This document shows positions 16,265 through 20,736 of a stretch of 20,736 nt of DNA, piece after piece. A program made the translations under genes and the position numbers. A model generated the notes under the pieces. The model searched no databases. It was not told the DNA's origin and saw only the letters and a program-made list of their open reading frames with translations. This DNA is from Candidatus Methylomirabilota bacterium (GTDB lineage Bacteria; Methylomirabilota; Methylomirabilia; Rokubacteriales; CSP1-6): positions 1 to 20,736 of the forward strand of contig JBKPAK010000224.1 in the NCBI GenBank assembly GCA_046726415.1, given 5' to 3'. How positions within the stretch are numbered: the stretch's first letter is position 1; every line of letters begins with the position of its first letter.

Positions 16265-17113
16265 GTGAAGACACGAGGACTGGTGCTCCTGGGAGGGACA
16301 GTCGTCCTCTGTCTGCTCCTGCTCACTCTGCAGGTGCGCCAGCAGTCCTCGGCCGCCGGCGACGTCCTGGGCTCCGTGACCGCGCCCTTCCAAGCCGCCC
16401 TCACCCGGGCGGGTCAGTTCGCCTTCGGCCTGTGGTCGACCTATCGCGAGTGGAAGGACGTCCGCGCCGAGAACGTCCACTTGCGCGACGAGATTCGCCA
16501 GCTGCGCGTCTCCACGCTCCAGGTCGACGAGACCGCCGAGGAGAATCGGCGATTGCGCGGCCTGCTTGCCCTCCAGGAACGCCTGCCCCTCCGCACCCGA
16601 GCGGCCGAGATCATCGCCCGAGAGTGGGGCGGATGGGTGCGCTCGCTCACCATCAATCATGGGCGTCGCGACGGGGTCGAGCGGTTGACCGCCGTCATCA
16701 CCGCCGACGGCCTGGTGGGCCGCGTGGCGGAGGTGCGTATCGCCACGGCGATTGTCCAGGTGCTGACCGATCCGGGCTCGACCGTCGGGGCCCATGTGGT
16801 GAGGACGCGCACGTCCGGCATCGTGGAGGGAGAGGCTCGCGGCACCATGCGGTTCAAGTTCATGGCGCGAGACGGCGCTGGTCTTCGCGTGCGCGACCTC
16901 GTCGTCACGTCGGGCATCGGCGGCCTCTTTCCCAGCGGGATTCCAATCGGACGAATCCGGGCCATCGATGATCGGGGATCGGCGTTGTTTCACTTTGCCC
17001 CGCTCACCCCCGCGGTCGACCTCTCCCGGCTGGAGGAAGTGCTCCTGGTGATGAGAGGAGGCCGGAACCCAGATCTCACGGCGTTGTTCCGGTCGGATGA
17101 GAACGAGAAGTAG
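16265..17113 (+). CDS. mreC: Rod shape-determining protein MreC
   Basis: N-terminal TM segment, coiled coil ENRRLRGLL, GLVGRV, VVTSGIGGLFPSGIPIG, VDLSRLEEV. Confidence 0.96.
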   Translation: MKTRGLVLLGGTVVLCLLLLTLQVRQQSSAAGDVLGSVTAPFQAALTRAGQFAFGLWSTYREWKDVRAENVHLRDEIRQLRVSTLQVDETAEENRRLRGLLALQERLPLRTRAAEIIAREWGGWVRSLTINHGRRDGVERLTAVITADGLVGRVAEVRIATAIVQVLTDPGSTVGAHVVRTRTSGIVEGEARGTMRFKFMARDGAGLRVRDLVVTSGIGGLFPSGIPIGRIRAIDDRGSALFHFAPLTPAVDLSRLEEVLLVMRGGRNPDLTALFRSDENEK

Positions 17114-17114
17114 C

Positions 17115-17606
17115 GTGCGGGCGCTCCTGCTCCTGGCGGTGTTCGGTGGAGGGGTGGCTCACGGGTCGCTGGCCTCGCTGCTCCGGGTGGGGGACGTGGC
17201 TCCTGATATCCCGCTCATCGTGGTGGTGATGTTGGCGCTGCGGATGGGTCCCGAGTTCGGCTGCGTGGGGGGACTGATCGCGGGTTTGTTGCAGGACGTG
17301 ACGACCGGTGGGCTCATCGGCGTCCAGGCGCTCACCAAGGCGCTGACGGGCTTCGCCATCGGGGCATGGTCGGCCCGCCTCAGCGTGACGTCGCCGCTCG
17401 TCCAGGTGCCGGGGCTGGTCCTCCTCACGGTCTGCGAAGGTCTCGTGCGGTTCGGCCTCCTCAAGCTGCTCCGGTTCCCCGCGCCCTTCGGTGAGCTCAT
17501 GGTGTATCAAGTCTTCCCCCAGGCCCTCTACAACGGCTTTCTGGGCGCCGTCGTGGTGTTCACCTTGGCGGCCGCCGAGTACGTGCGCCTGGGCCGCGCC
17601 CCATGA
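17115..17606 (+). CDS. mreD: Rod shape-determining protein MreD
   Basis: Hydrophobic; PDIPLI, GLLQD, GVQALTK; lies between mreC and mrdA; GTG 1 nt after the mreC stop. Confidence 0.92.
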   Translation: MRALLLLAVFGGGVAHGSLASLLRVGDVAPDIPLIVVVMLALRMGPEFGCVGGLIAGLLQDVTTGGLIGVQALTKALTGFAIGAWSARLSVTSPLVQVPGLVLLTVCEGLVRFGLLKLLRFPAPFGELMVYQVFPQALYNGFLGAVVVFTLAAAEYVRLGRAP

Positions 17607-19402
17607 CGATGAACCACCTCGCTTCGGAACAGCGACGCGTCCTGGTCATGGCCGCGCTGGTGGGCCTGGCCTTCGTCGTCGTCCTCGGCCAGCTCTGGTA
17701 TCTCCAAGTCATTTCCGGGGACCACTTCCGGGAAGCATCCGACAAGAACCGGATCCGCGTGCGGCCGGTGGCCGCTCCGCGCGGCATCCTCTACGACCGT
17801 CATCACATCCCCCTCGTCGACAATCGCCCCGCCTTCACGCTCTCACTGATTCCCCGCGAGCTGGACGAAGAGGAGGATCGGCGCGCGGCCGTGCTCGGGC
17901 GTGTGGCAGCGCTGCTCGGGATTCCGTACCTGGAGTTGGTCGACGCCGTCGCCCGCGTTCCTGGCGACTCCATCGCGCCGGTGCGGGTGCGCCGGGGGCT
18001 GACCCTCGAAGACGTGGCCAAGATCGAGGAGTGGAAGCTCGAGTTGCCGGGGGTGATCGTCGAGGTGGAGCCTCAGCGCGTCTATCCCACGAACCGGTTC
18101 GCCGCCCACTTGCTCGGCTACGTGCGCGAGGTAAACGACGAGCAGCTCCGCCAAGGGCGGTATCGCCGGGGTGACATGGTGGGGCAGACGGGCCTGGAGC
18201 GTTTGCTCGACGACCACTTGCGGGGACGCGATGGTGGTGAGAGCTTCGAGGTCGACGCGCTCGGCCGGCAACTGGGCATCATCCAGCGCACCGAGCCCAC
18301 GCCGGGGGCCGAGGTCATCACGACCGTCGATCGCCGCCTTCAGGAGGCGGCCGAGCGGGCCATGGACGGACACGCGGGCGCCGTGGTCGTCATGGATCCC
18401 CGCAACGGCGACGTCCTGGCCATGGTGTCGACCCCCGCGTTCGACATCGATCGCTTCACCGGGACCATCGATCGCGCGGCGTGGCTGGCCGTGGTGAAGG
18501 ACCCCGCGCATCCGCTGCTGAACCGGGCCATTCAGAGTCAGTACGCTCCGGGCTCCCTCTTCAAGATCATCGTCACCGCGGCGGGACTGCAGGAAGGGAC
18601 CCTGACGCCCATGGACCGGGCGCACTGCAGCGGGCAGTTCCACATCGGTGGGGTGACGTTCAAGGACTGGAAGGAAGGCGGCCACGGCTCGGTCGACCTG
18701 CTGCGGGCGATGAACCAGTCGTGCAACGTCTACTTCTACCAATACGGACTCAAGATCGGCGCGGCCACGATGGCTCGCTACGCGAGGGCGTTCGGACTAG
18801 GAAGCCCCACGGGAACGGCGTTCAGCGGCGAGAAACCCGGTCTCATCCCCCAGCCCCGGAACCCGCGTGGCCGCCGAAGCGCTGGATGGCATGCCGGCGA
18901 AACGGTGAACATGTCGATCGGGCAGGGAGCGCTCCTCGTCACGCCCATCCAGATCGCCCGCACCATGGCTGCCGTCGCCAACGGCGGCGTCCTCTGGCGG
19001 CCGCGTGTCGTCCAGCGCGTGATGCGAGGGTCGGAAGTGGTCTGGAGTGACGGGGGCGGGGTGGCCGGCCATGTGGAGCTGTCTCCGATGGTGTGGGCAT
19101 TCCTCCGCCAGAGTCTGTGGTCCGTCGTGAACCAGTGGGGCACCGGCGCCGCCGCGCGGATCCCCGGCCTCGACGTCGCGGGCAAAACGGGCACCGCGCA
19201 GACGATCGCGCACTCGCGCGCGGACAAGGGAGAGGACCACGCGTGGTTCGCGAGCTTCGCCCCGGCGCGCGATCCACAGGTCGTGGTGGTGGTGCTCGTC
19301 GAGCGCGGAGGCAAGGGCGGCCAGGTGGCCGCGCCCATCGCGCGAAGGATCCTCAACGCCATTTTCCTCGAGAAGGTCGCGGCGGTGGACTGGGCGAGCT
19401 AG
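17603..19402 (+). CDS. mrdA: Penicillin-binding protein 2
   Basis: APRGILYDR, SxxK (SLFK), SxN (SCN), KTGTAQ. Confidence 0.97.
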   Translation: MTMNHLASEQRRVLVMAALVGLAFVVVLGQLWYLQVISGDHFREASDKNRIRVRPVAAPRGILYDRHHIPLVDNRPAFTLSLIPRELDEEEDRRAAVLGRVAALLGIPYLELVDAVARVPGDSIAPVRVRRGLTLEDVAKIEEWKLELPGVIVEVEPQRVYPTNRFAAHLLGYVREVNDEQLRQGRYRRGDMVGQTGLERLLDDHLRGRDGGESFEVDALGRQLGIIQRTEPTPGAEVITTVDRRLQEAAERAMDGHAGAVVVMDPRNGDVLAMVSTPAFDIDRFTGTIDRAAWLAVVKDPAHPLLNRAIQSQYAPGSLFKIIVTAAGLQEGTLTPMDRAHCSGQFHIGGVTFKDWKEGGHGSVDLLRAMNQSCNVYFYQYGLKIGAATMARYARAFGLGSPTGTAFSGEKPGLIPQPRNPRGRRSAGWHAGETVNMSIGQGALLVTPIQIARTMAAVANGGVLWRPRVVQRVMRGSEVVWSDGGGVAGHVELSPMVWAFLRQSLWSVVNQWGTGAAARIPGLDVAGKTGTAQTIAHSRADKGEDHAWFASFAPARDPQVVVVVLVERGGKGGQVAAPIARRILNAIFLEKVAAVDWAS

Positions 19403-19404
19403 AC

Positions 19405-20496
19405 ATGATCCGGGTCGATCGCCGACTCCTCCAGAACGTCGACTGGACGCTCCTGGCGACCACGGTCGTCCTCGTTGGTCTCGGTGCTCTCACCCAGCGC
19501 AGCCTGCATATCGACCGCGCCGGCGGCGGCGTGATGTGGCGTCAGCTCGCGTGGTTCGGCATCGGCCTCTTGGCCTTGCTGGTGGTGGTCAGCCTCGACT
19601 ACCGGCGGCTGGTCGGGATGGCTCCGGCTTTCTATGCCGTGGGCATCGCCGCTCTGGTGACGGTCCTCGTGGTCGGGCGAAGCGTGTCCGGAGCTCGTCG
19701 GTGGGTCGCCGTCGGACCGCTCACCGCCCAGCCCTCGGAAATGTTCAAGGTTGCCTTCGTGCTCACCGCAGTATGGATTCTCACCTCGCGAGTGGCTCGC
19801 GCGAGTGGTCCCCTGGCCGTGGGATTGACCGTGGGGGCGCTCGCCGTTCCGTTCGCGTTGATCGTGAAACAACCCGACCTCGGCACGGCCCTGGTCCTCC
19901 TGCCCGTCATCCTGGCCCTGCTCGTGGGGGCCGGACTGCCCTTCCGACTTGTCGGCGGCGTCCTGGCGGGTGGACTCGCGGTGCTGCCGGCGGCGTGGTT
20001 CGTCATCAAGGACTATCAGCGAGAACGCATCATGGTATACCTGGATCCCGTGCGCGATCCCCTGGGGAGCGCTTACAACGTGATCCAGGCGAAGATCGCG
20101 ATCGGATCGGGACAGCTCCTCGGCAAAGGAGTGGCCGGCGCCACGCAGAGCCGTCTGTCCTTTCTCCCGGAGCGCCACACAGATTTTATCTTCGCCGTAT
20201 TCGCCGAGATGTGGGGGTTTTTCGGCTGTCTCCTGCTGCTCGCCTGCTATGCCGTCCTCCTCGCGCGGGGCTTCGATATCGCGGCCTCGGCCCGAGAGCC
20301 CGTGGGGCGCCTGGTGGCTCTGGGGGCGACGGCACTCCTCGCCACGCAGATCCTGATCAACGTGGGGATGGTGACCGGGCTGCTCCCGGTGGTGGGCGTC
20401 CCGTTGCCGCTCATGAGCTACGGAGGCTCGTCGATGCTCATCACGCTCGTGACGCTCGGGCTCCTGCTCTCCGTGCGGATGCGGCAGTTCCAATGA
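19405..20496 (+). CDS. rodA: SEDS peptidoglycan glycosyltransferase RodA
   Basis: GARRW, QPSEMFK, QPDLGT, AIGSG, PERHTDFIFA, GVPLPLMSYGGSS; start ATG 19405. Confidence 0.96.
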   Translation: MIRVDRRLLQNVDWTLLATTVVLVGLGALTQRSLHIDRAGGGVMWRQLAWFGIGLLALLVVVSLDYRRLVGMAPAFYAVGIAALVTVLVVGRSVSGARRWVAVGPLTAQPSEMFKVAFVLTAVWILTSRVARASGPLAVGLTVGALAVPFALIVKQPDLGTALVLLPVILALLVGAGLPFRLVGGVLAGGLAVLPAAWFVIKDYQRERIMVYLDPVRDPLGSAYNVIQAKIAIGSGQLLGKGVAGATQSRLSFLPERHTDFIFAVFAEMWGFFGCLLLLACYAVLLARGFDIAASAREPVGRLVALGATALLATQILINVGMVTGLLPVVGVPLPLMSYGGSSMLITLVTLGLLLSVRMRQFQ

Positions 20497-20550
20497 GGCG
20501 CGTGGATCGTCCGAGGCGGATGGGCGGCCCCGTGTCGGCGAGGTGCTGCC

Positions 20551-20736
20551 GTGGGCAAACGGATCGTCGTCAACGCGGAACTCACGGAAACCCGGATCGC
20601 GGTGCAGGAGGGTAACCTCCTCACCGAGCTCTTCATCGAGCGGCACGACCAGCGGTCGATCGTCGGCAGCGTCTACAAAGGCGTGGTCACCAATGTGCTG
20701 CCAGGGATGCAGGCGGCCTTCGTCGACATCGGCCTG
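20551..20736 (+). CDS. rng: RNase E/G family ribonuclease, N-terminus (truncated by window edge)
   Basis: GAGGTG SD then GTG: MGKRIVVNAELTETRIAV...VGSVYKGVVTNVLPGMQAAFVDIGL. Confidence 0.9.
   Translation, partial: MGKRIVVNAELTETRIAVQEGNLLTELFIERHDQRSIVGSVYKGVVTNVLPGMQAAFVDIGL

Noticed and set aside
19093-19404. N-terminal extension of RodA
   Set aside because: Overlaps mrdA out of frame; RodA homology begins at ATG 19405.

Overview
GC-rich bacterial chromosomal window, mostly housekeeping genes. The lineage cannot be fixed from sequence alone; the gene and repeat style tentatively suggests Rokubacteria/Methylomirabilota. Gene order: 3' end of groEL, rpsF-ssb-rpsR-rplI, dnaB interrupted in its P-loop by a 370-aa Ala1/WCT (class 3) intein with a decayed-looking LAGLIDADG domain, a KimA/YdaO-like APC transporter, an AlkA-type glycosylase, a double-CxCxxC DUF971-like protein, a DHA2 MFS exporter, an orphan protein, an ABC-F ATPase, a small HNH nuclease, a REP/MITE-like repeat, ComEA, a cold-shock gene and a conserved hypothetical gene (both minus strand), then mreBCD-mrdA-rodA-rng (partial). 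The most striking unexplained element is a ~350-nt stand-alone structured transcript candidate (~13025-13372) with its own promoter-like and terminator-like signals. Its core is a 17-nt perfect antisense copy of the common 16S rRNA 3' end, plus a further 8-nt match to the other strand of helix 45. It directly precedes a 13-codon ORF whose 3' end folds back to mask it. In addition, rpsF and probably rpsR appear to start at non-canonical ATT (or CTG) codons.
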